Positions 1 to 7,992 of a stretch of 37,446 nucleotides of DNA are shown here, one piece after another (position 1 is the first letter of the stretch; every line of letters starts with the position of its first letter). The DNA is from Thermoanaerobaculia bacterium. GTDB taxonomy: Bacteria > Acidobacteriota > Thermoanaerobaculia > Multivoradales > DATKCC01. The notes under the pieces were generated by a model. That model saw only the letters and a program-made list of their open reading frames with translations. It searched no databases and was not told the DNA's origin. Made by a program: the position numbers and the translations under genes. The DNA lies in NCBI GenBank assembly GCA_046538065.1, contig JBKHJP010000002.1, positions 1-37,446 on the forward strand. The letters run 5' to 3'.

Positions 1-497
1 ACCCAGAGGAGGAGACGGCCGAGCTGCTGGCGGACCACCGGCTCGGCGCCGCTCCCGGCGGCCTCCTCCGCGGCCCGGCGCAGGGCCGCTTCGGCCTCGT
101 CGTAGCGGCCGCTCTCCCACAAGGCCGACCCCAGGTAGAAGCGGGTCCGGGCGTCGCTGGCCCCCAGGGCCACGGCCCGCTCCAGGACGTCGGCCGACTC
201 GCCGTAGCGGTCCGCCAGGGCGAGGGAGCGGCCCAGGGCCGCCACCAGGCGGGGGGCCTCCGGCTGGGCGTCCACGGCGCGGCGGTACAGGGCGGCCGCC
301 TCCTCCGCCCGGCCCTGGGAGATGGCCCGCTCGGCGGCGGCGACGAGCTCCGGGACGGGAGTGGTCTCTTCGGCCCCGGCTCCGCCGCCCTCCGGCTCCC
401 GGCCGGCGGCGGCCTCCCGGGGGGCGGCGGGCACGGCCAGGGCGGCGAAGGCGGAGAGCGCGAGGACGAGGACGGGGACGGCGGGGCGGAACCTCAC
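1..497 (-). CDS. TPR-repeat secreted protein; 3' end runs off the window start
   Basis: Absent from the ORF track because it has no stop inside the window. On the reverse strand, GTG at 497 gives VRFRPAVPVLVLALSAFAALAVPAAP, which looks like a signal peptide. It continues ...ALYRRAVDAQPEAPRLVAALGRSLALADRYGESADVLERAVALGASDARTRFYLGSALWESGRYDEAEAALRRA..., which reads as TPR-like helix pairs. Third codon positions are almost all G/C and the frame stays open to position 1. Confidence 0.55.
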   Translation of the reverse strand, partial: MRFRPAVPVLVLALSAFAALAVPAAPREAAAGREPEGGGAGAEETTPVPELVAAAERAISQGRAEEAAALYRRAVDAQPEAPRLVAALGRSLALADRYGESADVLERAVALGASDARTRFYLGSALWESGRYDEAEAALRRAAEEAAGSGAEPVVRQQLGRLLLW

Positions 498-553
498 GGG
501 AGGCACAGCCTATCGCAGGGCCTGTCGCACCGGACCCGTCGCGGCGGGCTCGC

Positions 554-2233
554 CTACGGCCCGCCGTCGCCGGTGGAGGCCCGGACCCGCGCCAGGACGA
601 CGCCGGACACGCTCGACATCTCGTCGAAGTACCGGACGAACCTCCGGGTCTCCGGCGCGTCGTAGGGCTCGAGGTTTCGGGCCCAGCGGTAGCCGATGGG
701 CTGATACCAGAGCTCCGCCTCCACCGTCAGGGGGCCCCTGAGCGGCTCCGCGGCCGGCTCCGGCGCCCCCGCCAGGTCCACCACGTAGCGGACCCGGTCT
801 CCACCGCCGGCGAAGTCCCCGTCCTCCGCCGCCCGGCCCTGCACCGCCACGTCCTCCGGCGCCGTCGCCGGGTCGAAGCCCCGGGGCAGGAGCCGGTTGT
901 CCTTGCCGTAGCCCACCGCCGTCAGCAGGCCGGTGGTGACCCGCTCGTCCGGGTCCACCAGGATGGGCTCGTAGATCTGCACCTGGTCGGGCCGCTCGAT
1001 CACCTGGTAGTGGGGCTCGTAGCGGGCCGGATCCCGGTCGTTGTCGTTGCCCCGGATGGCCCCGGACGGCTCCAGGGCCCCCGACTCGAAGACCACCCGG
1101 CCGCCGGCGTCGCGCACGCTCACGTGGAGCCACGCCCGCCGGGAGGGGTAGGCGGTGGGGAGCTTGTGGCCCGCCAGGTTCTCCACCGCGATCTCGACCT
1201 CCAGGCGGTCGCCGGTGCGCTCCAGGCGCTCGAGGCGGAGCCGGGCGGTGCTCGTCTCCAGGAACTCCCGCGTCCGGCGCAGGGTGGCGTCCAGCTCCTC
1301 CGGGGCCGCCGTCACGCCCAGCTCCCCGGCGAAGCGGTTGAGCATCCGGGGGACCAGGACGTTGCCGCCCCGGAAGACGTGGCGGGAGACGGCGGGCCGG
1401 GGCTGCCCCAGGACCCCGGTCACCGGCACCTCCCCCGCCACCTCGGGCATGTGGCAGTCGATGCACTCGCGGCCGGCCCGGGCGTAGTCGCTCTCCCGCC
1501 ACTCCAGGTAGGGCACCTGCTCCGGCAGCTCCCCGATGACCTCGCCCCCCGGCCCCAGGGAGTGGGTGTAGAGGGTGTGGCAGGTGGCGCAGAGCTCGGA
1601 GCTCGCCAGGTGCTCCGCCTTCCGCGGCTCGTAGCCGCTGGCGGAGCTCATGATCCGGGCCCGGCCGGCGTCGACCTCGAAGGGGCCGAAGATCTCCCGC
1701 TCGCCGGCGGGCCGGGTCGTATCCACCACGAACCCCCCCGTGAAGCTCTCCTTTGTACCCAGCCCCTCGGCGGTGATCTGGTGGCAGACGGTGCACGAGA
1801 CTCCGTCCGCTGCCAGGGCTCCGGGACCGCCGGGGGCGGTGGTGGCCGGGAGGTGGTCGAAGACGCTCCCCTGCCCCCCCGCCGCCCGGGCCTGGGTGGT
1901 CGTCATGGGCATGTGGCACGCGGCGCACTCGTTCTCGATGGCGGCGGCGCTCTCCGGGTGGTCCAGGACCTCCCGGCGGACCGCCGCCTGCCAGTACGGG
2001 TCCCGGGCGGAGTTGGCCATCATGGAGCCGCGCCAGGATGCGGCGATGGAGATGTCCTCGCCCTCCGGGGTGACGAGCTGATCGTGGCAGGACGCGCAGG
2101 CGTCCGCCGTGGCGAAGAGCTCGGGCACGCCGCCGGGGAGCGCCAGCGCGGGCACCGCAGCCAGGAGGGCCAGCGCCGCCAGGGAGCCAGCCCGCCGAAA
2201 CCGTCCGTTCTCGCCGTTCACCGGGATCACCAT
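554..2233 (-). CDS. Multihaem c-type cytochrome (five CxxCH motifs), secreted
   Basis: ATG at 2233 (MVIPVNG...) and TAG at 554-556. There is a signal-like LAALALLAAVPALA. Five haem-binding motifs are present: CASCH, CAACH, CTVCH, CATCH and CIDCH. The 961-aa track ORF 554..3439 shares this frame, but its first ~400 aa are G/R/P low-complexity shadow of the upstream gene. The start overlaps the upstream stop (ATGGTGA). Confidence 0.85.
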   Translation of the reverse strand: MVIPVNGENGRFRRAGSLAALALLAAVPALALPGGVPELFATADACASCHDQLVTPEGEDISIAASWRGSMMANSARDPYWQAAVRREVLDHPESAAAIENECAACHMPMTTTQARAAGGQGSVFDHLPATTAPGGPGALAADGVSCTVCHQITAEGLGTKESFTGGFVVDTTRPAGEREIFGPFEVDAGRARIMSSASGYEPRKAEHLASSELCATCHTLYTHSLGPGGEVIGELPEQVPYLEWRESDYARAGRECIDCHMPEVAGEVPVTGVLGQPRPAVSRHVFRGGNVLVPRMLNRFAGELGVTAAPEELDATLRRTREFLETSTARLRLERLERTGDRLEVEIAVENLAGHKLPTAYPSRRAWLHVSVRDAGGRVVFESGALEPSGAIRGNDNDRDPARYEPHYQVIERPDQVQIYEPILVDPDERVTTGLLTAVGYGKDNRLLPRGFDPATAPEDVAVQGRAAEDGDFAGGGDRVRYVVDLAGAPEPAAEPLRGPLTVEAELWYQPIGYRWARNLEPYDAPETRRFVRYFDEMSSVSGVVLARVRASTGDGGP

Positions 2234-3372
2234 CCTTCCAGGAAGCCGCCGTCGAACCAGTCCCACAGGAGGTAGACCAGCACCTCCGGATCCCGCCCGC
2301 GAGTCTCGGCCACCGGCAGCCGGACGCCCACGTCCAGCATGACGTGCTGGCGCTGGTTGAGGGTGACCTGGAGCTGGGGCAGGAGGTCCCACCGGGCCTC
2401 CTCTCCCCCGGTGAGCTCCCGGCTGCCCAGGACCTCCACCATGGGCGACCAGGCGCGGCCCCACCGGCCCTCGGTGAAGGTCTTGCCCACGGCCAGTCGC
2501 CAGAAGGCCTCCTCGGTGGCCCGGTCCCTGTCCACCGGCAGCTCGGCGCCCGCCTGGACGTGGAGGAAACCGTCCGCCGGCAGGATCCGGCCGTAGGCGA
2601 CGAACGGCTCCACCACGGGCGTGCCGGCGCCGAAGCCCCGGTCCTCGTCCCCGGTGGGCAGGAGGACCTCCGCCGCGACGCTGAAGACGTCGCCCCGCTC
2701 CAGGCTGTGGTAGACGGCCCGCTTGAACCCCACGGCCACGTCCCCGGGCCCGGAGGTCCAGCCCTCCCGGCCTCCGGCGCCCGGTTCCTCCGGCGCCGTC
2801 TCGCGCCACGCCAGGGGGAGGGACAGCTCCACCTGGTTGCGGGCGCCGAAGCGGGTCTCGTAGACCAGCTCCGTGCTCACGTCGCCGGCCCCGCCGGTGG
2901 TGGCACCCACGGTGAAGACCGCCTCGTCCTCCGGGTAAGCCTTCTCGGTCACCAGGGCCCGGGGGAGGTTGAGCTCCCCGCGGGGCCACGCGGGATCCGG
3001 ACAGAAGGTCCGGACGTGCTCCATCGCCCGTTCGAGCTCGGCGACGCCGAGGGCATCGCCGAAGGCCGGCATCTGGCGCGAGAACCCCCGCACCGGGCCG
3101 CCCTCGTGGGCCACGGCGACCCAATCGGCGTCCGGCTCCCGGGTGGCGAAGGAGCAGTCGGTGAAGTCCGGCACCGGGACCTCCAGGCGCAGGCGCTCCT
3201 GGGCGACGCCCCGGCCGTCCGCCCCGTGGCAGTGGGCGCAGGCCTGCCGGTAGAGCTCGGCTCCCGAAGGCTCCGCCGCCCCGAACACCGTGATCGGTGC
3301 CAGCAGGAAGACGGCGCCGGCCAAAAGCGTTGGCGTTGTTCGTGCCGGCCGCGTGCTGTCCGTACGCTCCAT
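2227..3372 (-). CDS. Monohaem cytochrome c domain fused to a predicted outer-membrane beta-barrel
   Basis: ATG at 3372 is preceded by GGGGAGGG (SD); an alternative GTG lies at 3402. There is a signal-like TLLAGAVFLLAPITVFGAAEP. One CAHCH motif is present with a downstream MPAFG (Met-ligand context). The remaining ~270 aa are alternating-polarity strands (ELVYETRFG, VELSLPLAW, VAVGFKRAVY, VFSVAAEVLLP, FLHVQAGAELP, WRLAVGKTF, MVEVLGSRE, LLPQLQVTLN, VMLDVGVRLPV, VLVYLLWDWF). The protein ends in an aromatic C-terminus, ...GGFLEGW. Confidence 0.75.
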   Translation of the reverse strand: MERTDSTRPARTTPTLLAGAVFLLAPITVFGAAEPSGAELYRQACAHCHGADGRGVAQERLRLEVPVPDFTDCSFATREPDADWVAVAHEGGPVRGFSRQMPAFGDALGVAELERAMEHVRTFCPDPAWPRGELNLPRALVTEKAYPEDEAVFTVGATTGGAGDVSTELVYETRFGARNQVELSLPLAWRETAPEEPGAGGREGWTSGPGDVAVGFKRAVYHSLERGDVFSVAAEVLLPTGDEDRGFGAGTPVVEPFVAYGRILPADGFLHVQAGAELPVDRDRATEEAFWRLAVGKTFTEGRWGRAWSPMVEVLGSRELTGGEEARWDLLPQLQVTLNQRQHVMLDVGVRLPVAETRGRDPEVLVYLLWDWFDGGFLEGW

Positions 3373-3734
3373 CCGTCCCTCCCCGGAGGCGCCCCCCGCC
3401 ACCTCGTAGCGTAGGAGGCCCCGGGGCCGGGTTCAACACGGAGAGGGGTGGGTGGGTCGTGCCCGCCCGGGGAGGGTGCTCCCCACCCGGGCGGGCGGAG
3501 GCCTCCGCCCGTCCCGGGGGACGGCGCCGGACACACCGGGGCGTATGGGACCCCCGCGCCCCCCGTCGACGGCCGCATCGACCGCATCGACCGGCCTGGG
3601 GGCGACACCGAACGTGCTAGAGTCCGAACGCCTGTGAGCGAAGACCCTCCTCTACCTGACTCTCCTCCAGAACCCCGGGAGCACCCGGACCGCCGCGGCG
3701 GCGCAGTCGCCGTCCGCCCGCGGCCGGTGACGCC

Positions 3735-5138
3735 GTGAGCCCCTTGGTGCCAGCGATCCCCCTGGTCCCGGTGACCGCCCTGGCCCTGGGGCCGCCGGTG
3801 GGCGTGCCCGGTCTCAACCCGTTGCTGGGCGTGACCCTCGCCCTGTTCCTGGTCGCCCTGAACGGGTTCTTCGTGGCGGCGGAGTTCGCCCTCGTCAAGG
3901 TCCGGCCGACCCAGATCGACCCCCACGTCACCGCCGGATCGCGCCGGGGCCGGGTGGCCCGGCACATGGTCCGGCACCTGGACGCGTACCTCTCGGCCAC
4001 CCAGCTCGGGATCACCCTGGCCAGCCTGGCCCTGGGCTGGATCGGCGAGCCCGCCTTCGTCTGGATGGTGGAGCCCCTCGTCGGCCTGTTCCCCGGGGCG
4101 GGCCCGGCGGTCGTCCACTCGGTGGCCCTGACGATGGCCTTCCTCACCATCACCATCCTCCACATCGTCCTGGGCGAGCTGGCGCCGAAGTCCATCGCCA
4201 TCCGCAAGGCCGAGAAGACGGCCCTGTGGGTGGCGGCCCCGCTCTACGCCTTCTACAAGCTGACCTACCCGGTGATCTGGGTCCTCAACCACGCCGCCAA
4301 CTGGCTGCTCAAGCTCGTGGGGATCGAGCCGGTGAGCGAGTCGGAGCTGGGCCCGGAGGAGGAGGAGCTGCGCCTCCTCCTCTCCTCGCGCCACGCCACC
4401 CAGCTCTCCGAGCACAAGCGCGAGCTCCTGGACAACGTCTTCGCGCTCTCCCGCCGGATGGCCCGCCAGATCATGGAGCCCCGGGCGGACGTGGTCTACC
4501 TGGACACGGAGAAGACCTTGGAGGAGAACCTGGCCACCGCCCGGCGGAGCGGCCACACCCGCTTCCCCCTGTGCGAAGGCTCCCTCGACCGGGTGGTGGG
4601 CCTGGTCCACATCAAGGACCTCTTCCGCAACTCCCGGCCCCTCCATTCCCTGGAGGACGTCTCGCGCGAGATGGCCTTCGTCCCGGAGACGCTCCCCCTG
4701 GACCGCCTGCTCAACCGGATGCTCGCCGAGAAGGTCCACATGGCGGCGGTGCTGGACGAGTACGGCGGGGTCTCCGGGATCGTCACCCTGGAGAACGTGA
4801 TCGAGGAGATCGTGGGCCAGATCCAGGACGAGTTCGACGCCGAGAAACCCGAGCTCACCCCCCTGGGGGGCGGGGTCTACCTGGTCTCGGGCTCCATGCT
4901 GGTCGAAGAGGTGGAGGAGGCCCTGGACGTGGAGTTCTCCGACCGGGACGAGGACACCATCGGCGGCGTGGTCCTCTCGGACCTGGGCCGCCGCCCCGTG
5001 GCCGGGGACCGCGTGGAGCTCGGGCCGCTGCTGCTGGAGGTCCAGGAGGTCCAGCGCAACCGGATCCGCACCCTCCGGGTCACCGTCCGCGAGCCGGAGC
5101 CCGCGGCGGCCGGCAACGGCAAGAACGGCCGGGCGTAG
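3735..5138 (+). CDS. CNNM/DUF21-CBS-CorC_HlyC family membrane protein (TlyC/CorB-like)
   Basis: The N-terminal TM region carries LNGFFVAAEFALV and LGELAPKSIA. It is followed by a CBS pair (RQIMEPRADVVYLD..., VVGLVHIKDL, MAAVLDEYGGVSGIVTLENVIEEIVGQIQDEFD) and a CorC/HlyC C-terminal domain (TIGGVVLSDLGRRPVAGDRVE). The GTG start at 3735 has a weak SD, so the start is uncertain by some tens of nt. Confidence 0.85.
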   Translation: MSPLVPAIPLVPVTALALGPPVGVPGLNPLLGVTLALFLVALNGFFVAAEFALVKVRPTQIDPHVTAGSRRGRVARHMVRHLDAYLSATQLGITLASLALGWIGEPAFVWMVEPLVGLFPGAGPAVVHSVALTMAFLTITILHIVLGELAPKSIAIRKAEKTALWVAAPLYAFYKLTYPVIWVLNHAANWLLKLVGIEPVSESELGPEEEELRLLLSSRHATQLSEHKRELLDNVFALSRRMARQIMEPRADVVYLDTEKTLEENLATARRSGHTRFPLCEGSLDRVVGLVHIKDLFRNSRPLHSLEDVSREMAFVPETLPLDRLLNRMLAEKVHMAAVLDEYGGVSGIVTLENVIEEIVGQIQDEFDAEKPELTPLGGGVYLVSGSMLVEEVEEALDVEFSDRDEDTIGGVVLSDLGRRPVAGDRVELGPLLLEVQEVQRNRIRTLRVTVREPEPAAAGNGKNGRA

Positions 5139-5160
5139 GGGGAAACGGTCCATCACGCAA

Positions 5161-5190
5161 GGGCGGAGGCGAGCTCCGCCCCTACACGCG
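5161..5190 (-). repeat. REP-like hairpin unit (reverse orientation) between convergent genes
   Basis: The sequence is gggcggaggcgagctccgcccctacacgcg, the reverse complement of the family core GTGTAGGGGCGGAGCTCGCCTCCGCCC. The internal stem is GGCGGAG/CTCCGCC. It is flanked by GGAAACGGTC (5141-5150) and GACCGTTTCC (5197-5206), which can extend the stem. Confidence 0.8.
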
Positions 5191-5210
5191 ATCGCAGACC
5201 GTTTCCGGAA

Positions 5211-5245
5211 CGAAAAAGGGGAGGGAGCCGCTCGGCCCCCTCCCC
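5211..5245 (-). terminator. Intrinsic-terminator-like hairpin downstream of the Asp-box protein gene
   Basis: On the minus strand, GGGGAGGG (5245-5238) pairs with CCCTCCCC (5225-5218) across a 12-nt loop. This is followed directly by TTTTTCGTT (5217-5209). Confidence 0.55.
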
Positions 5246-5274
5246 TCACGAGCACCCGTCCGACCGGGAGTCGG

Positions 5275-6771
5275 TCAGTCGGTCTCGATCACGACATCCC
5301 CCTTCTCCAGCGGCGTGGTCGCCGGCTCGTCGTCGGCGGCCCCCGGCTGGGAGTCGTAGACCTCGATCCGGTTGAGGCCGTTGCGCTTCCAGACCTTGGC
5401 CCGGACGAGATCCGGCTCGCCGTCCACGGCGGCCACCAGGAACTCATAGCCACCCTGGCCGGCCCAGGAGCACCGGCCGCGGAAGAAGATCTCCCCCTCC
5501 GGCGTCACCACCATCCAGTCGTAGCTCGTGCCCTCGGCCTTCGTCTTGCCGAGCTTGAGCTTCATGCCCCCCGCTGGGACGGTGGGATCTGCGTTCGGAA
5601 CCCGCGGGTTCCAGTACCGGCCGTGGAAGTCGAGGCCCACGCCGTCCCCGGTGGCGGGATCGACGAGCTCCAGGTCCCAGGAGTAGAAGAGCTCGGGCGT
5701 GGAGCGGGTGACGAGGGTGGCCTTCGCGGTCAACTCCCGGTACTCCGCGGAGCCGGTGAGTGTCGCCGTCTCGCCCTCGGCGGCCTCGTACATCCCGGCG
5801 TCGGCGAGGATCGTGACCGCGTCGTCCCACCACAGGCGGCGGAACATCGGGTCGCTCTCGTAGACGTGGCCGCCGTCGTGCTCCATCCACTCGTTCCAGA
5901 CGGCCCACAGGTAGGCGCCGCCGGGGCTGCCGGCGATGCTGGCCTCGCCGGAGAGGACGTCCTTCTTGTTCTCCAGCCAGTCCCAGCGCTCCTCCCACAG
6001 GCCCTTGCCCTGGGCGAAGACGTCCTCGGTGTCCCAGAAGTCGCCGTATACGGTGGCCCGGCTGCCGAAGAGGTCGAGGGGATCGGCCTCACCGCCCAGC
6101 AGGACCGTGGTGGCGTCCCCGGTCTCGAACACCGCGAAGAGCTTCGACGGATCGCGGACATCGTCCGGGTAGAGGCCGCCGGCGACGTACTGGTAGGTGC
6201 CGTCCGGCAGGAGGATCCGCTCGACGCTCGTCTGGGTGCCGATGTTGGTGGGTGAGTAGCGCGGATCGAGGACCGTCTCCTTGTTGGAGGTGAGCTGGGA
6301 GACGTCCCGGGCCGGCTCGAACTCACCGGCCGAAAGCGTCCGGGTCACCGTCCACACCCGTTCGCCCACGCCGAACACCTGGTCGTAGGTGGTCCCGGTG
6401 CCGCCGAGGCCGGCCGGGGTGGTAGTCCAGGTTGCGCCGCCGTCGAACGAGCGCCGGATGAAGAGGTTGACGTTGACGGATCCACGCAGGCAGACGCCGT
6501 TCGGGTAGGCCGAGGCCGGGTACGCGTGCGGCGAGACGCCGACGATCGCCGTATCCGCCAGGTCGCAGGTGAGATACTGCATGTCGTACGGGTTGTCGAC
6601 CGCCGGGTCGAAGCCCGCCGGCAGGACGATCCGCCGCATGAAGATGTCCGACGGGTCGCCCTGCCGGATCGGTCCGTCCTTGTAGAGGATGATTGCGGAC
6701 GTCATGCCGTAGGTCTGGCCGGTGGCGGCCGCCTCGGCGACCTTCGACCCGGGCTGGACCACCAGGCTCAT
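5275..6771 (-). CDS. Asp-box (BNR) repeat protein with a C-terminal beta-rich domain; N-terminus unresolved
   Basis: This is a 498-aa ORF with strongly G/C third positions. It has one clear Asp-box, SFDGGATW (S-x-D-x-G-x-T-W). The C-terminal ~130 aa (..[35 protein letters not shown]..) look like a separate small beta domain. No signal peptide follows the ATG at 6771, and coding-like sequence continues upstream in another frame (see the next feature). Confidence 0.65.
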   Translation of the reverse strand: MSLVVQPGSKVAEAAATGQTYGMTSAIILYKDGPIRQGDPSDIFMRRIVLPAGFDPAVDNPYDMQYLTCDLADTAIVGVSPHAYPASAYPNGVCLRGSVNVNLFIRRSFDGGATWTTTPAGLGGTGTTYDQVFGVGERVWTVTRTLSAGEFEPARDVSQLTSNKETVLDPRYSPTNIGTQTSVERILLPDGTYQYVAGGLYPDDVRDPSKLFAVFETGDATTVLLGGEADPLDLFGSRATVYGDFWDTEDVFAQGKGLWEERWDWLENKKDVLSGEASIAGSPGGAYLWAVWNEWMEHDGGHVYESDPMFRRLWWDDAVTILADAGMYEAAEGETATLTGSAEYRELTAKATLVTRSTPELFYSWDLELVDPATGDGVGLDFHGRYWNPRVPNADPTVPAGGMKLKLGKTKAEGTSYDWMVVTPEGEIFFRGRCSWAGQGGYEFLVAAVDGEPDLVRAKVWKRNGLNRIEVYDSQPGAADDEPATTPLEKGDVVIETD

Positions 6772-6925
6772 CGGAGCCCTGTCCCGGTTCGACCATTTCG
6801 AGGCTCGCCGTTGCCGTCCAGGTCGGTGTCGGCCTTGACGCTGTAGCGGAGCGAGCCCTGGGCGCAGTACTTGCTGACCCAGGCCAGCCCACCGTCCTCC
6901 TCGGTCCCGACCGGCGGATCCTGGC
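6768..6925 (-). pseudogene. 5'-truncated coding fragment upstream of, or belonging to, the Asp-box protein gene
   Basis: The minus frame reads ..[38 protein letters not shown].. with G/C third positions from ~6917 down to ~6804. Its TGA (6770-6768) overlaps the ATG at 6771 as ATGA. There is no start codon or promoter, because the fragment runs head-on into the plus-strand PAS coding sequence near 6882-6925. Confidence 0.4.
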
Positions 6926-7637
6926 CGCCAACACCCCCTATCGCGAGCACTTCGGCCTGACGGCGGACCCCGCCGGCCGCCACTGCTACGAGGTCTCCCA
7001 CGGCTACGACCGCGCCTGCGACGAGGTGGGCGAGACCTGCTGTGTGCAGGAGTGCCTGCGCTCGGGAGAGCCCTGCCGCACCGTTCACGTGCACGAGAGC
7101 GCGGCGGGCCCTGAGCACGAGGAGGTCACCGTCCACCCGGTCCTGGACGGTTCCGGGCGGGTGGAGGCCCTGCTGGAGGTGATCGCCCCTTCCAGGCTGG
7201 GAGCGGAAGCCCTGGGCAGCGGAGGCAAGCGCCTGGTGGGCCGCTCGCCGGCCTTCACCCGGATGCTCGAGCTGATCCGGCGGGTCGCCCCCGCAGACAC
7301 GACGGCCCTGCTCCTGGGGGAGTCCGGGACGGGCAAGGAGCTGGTGGCCCTGGCGCTTCACGGGCTCAGCCCCCGCTCGGCGCGGTCCTTCGTCCCCGTG
7401 GAGTGCTCGGGGATCTCGGAGACCCTGTTCGAGAGCGAGCTCTTCGGCCACGAACGGGGAGCGTTCACCGGCGCGGTCCAGCGCAAGATGGGCCTGGTGG
7501 AGGCCGCCGAAGGCGGGACGCTCTTCCTGGACGAGGTGGGGGACATCCCCCTGGCGCAGCAGGTCAAGCTCCTGCGCCTCATCGAGACCGGGGTCTACCG
7601 CCGCGTGGGGAGCGTCGAGCCGCGGCGGGCCCACTCC
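6882..7637 (+). pseudogene. Sigma54-dependent activator fragment (PAS plus first half of the AAA+ domain), truncated at both ends
   Basis: A PAS-like region reads [21 protein letters not shown]...[20 protein letters not shown] and includes a Cys-rich stretch [24 protein letters not shown]. The AAA+ region shows Walker [15 protein letters not shown] and Walker B LFLDEVGD, then [10 protein letters not shown] runs straight into poly-G. The rest of the AAA+ domain and the HTH are missing. The track ORF start at 6693 lies in antisense shadow where third positions are A/T-rich. Confidence 0.7.
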
Positions 7638-7684
7638 GGGGGGGGGGGGGGGAGGGTGGGGGGGGGGGGGGGGGGGGGTTGGGG
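7638..7684 (+). repeat. 47-nt near-homopolymer G tract
   Basis: Read directly from the sequence: G15 A G3 T G21 TT G4. It starts exactly where the AAA+ reading frame loses sense. Confidence 0.95.
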
Positions 7685-7992
7685 TAGCCAAGCTCCTTGA
7701 GTGATCGAGCTCGCCTGGCTGTGGCGCCGCTGGCAACCCCAGAGCCGGCTCACCCTGGCTCACCCTATGGCCGGAGGAGGAGTGGGGCACCATCCACAGA
7801 CCCCGCACCCATCGGCCGATCCTTCGACTCCGCTCAGGGCGGAGCGCAGAGGTCGGCCGCTTCATGCTCCAGGGGAGCTCCGGACACAGGAACACCCAGC
7901 CGACGCACGGCGAACCCTTCCTCGATCCGCAGGGAGAACGACCGACGGAGTCCACCGACGGTCCAGGGCCGGCCCGGCCCTCCACGACGCCT

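Noticed and set aside
554-3439. The 961-aa track ORF as one giant cytochrome
   Set aside because: Its first ~400 aa are G/R/P-rich low-complexity sequence with no motifs. They lie antiparallel-in-frame over the well-supported 2227..3372 gene. A proper ATG with a signal peptide at 2233 overlaps the upstream stop.
7638-7684. The poly-G tract as a biological G-quadruplex or phase-variable homopolymer switch
   Set aside because: It does not sit at a gene 5' end or promoter. Instead it truncates a conserved domain, with no continuation in any frame. It is also paired with a second structural anomaly 0.75 kb away. A technical origin (two-colour-chemistry poly-G and a chimeric join) is more parsimonious. 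It is kept as a finding for verification only.
6693-7700. The 335-aa track ORF as an intact sigma54 activator
   Set aside because: The first ~60 codons have A/T-rich third positions and are antisense to better minus-strand coding signal. The last ~20 codons are poly-G translated as Gly. Half of the AAA+ domain and the DNA-binding domain are missing.
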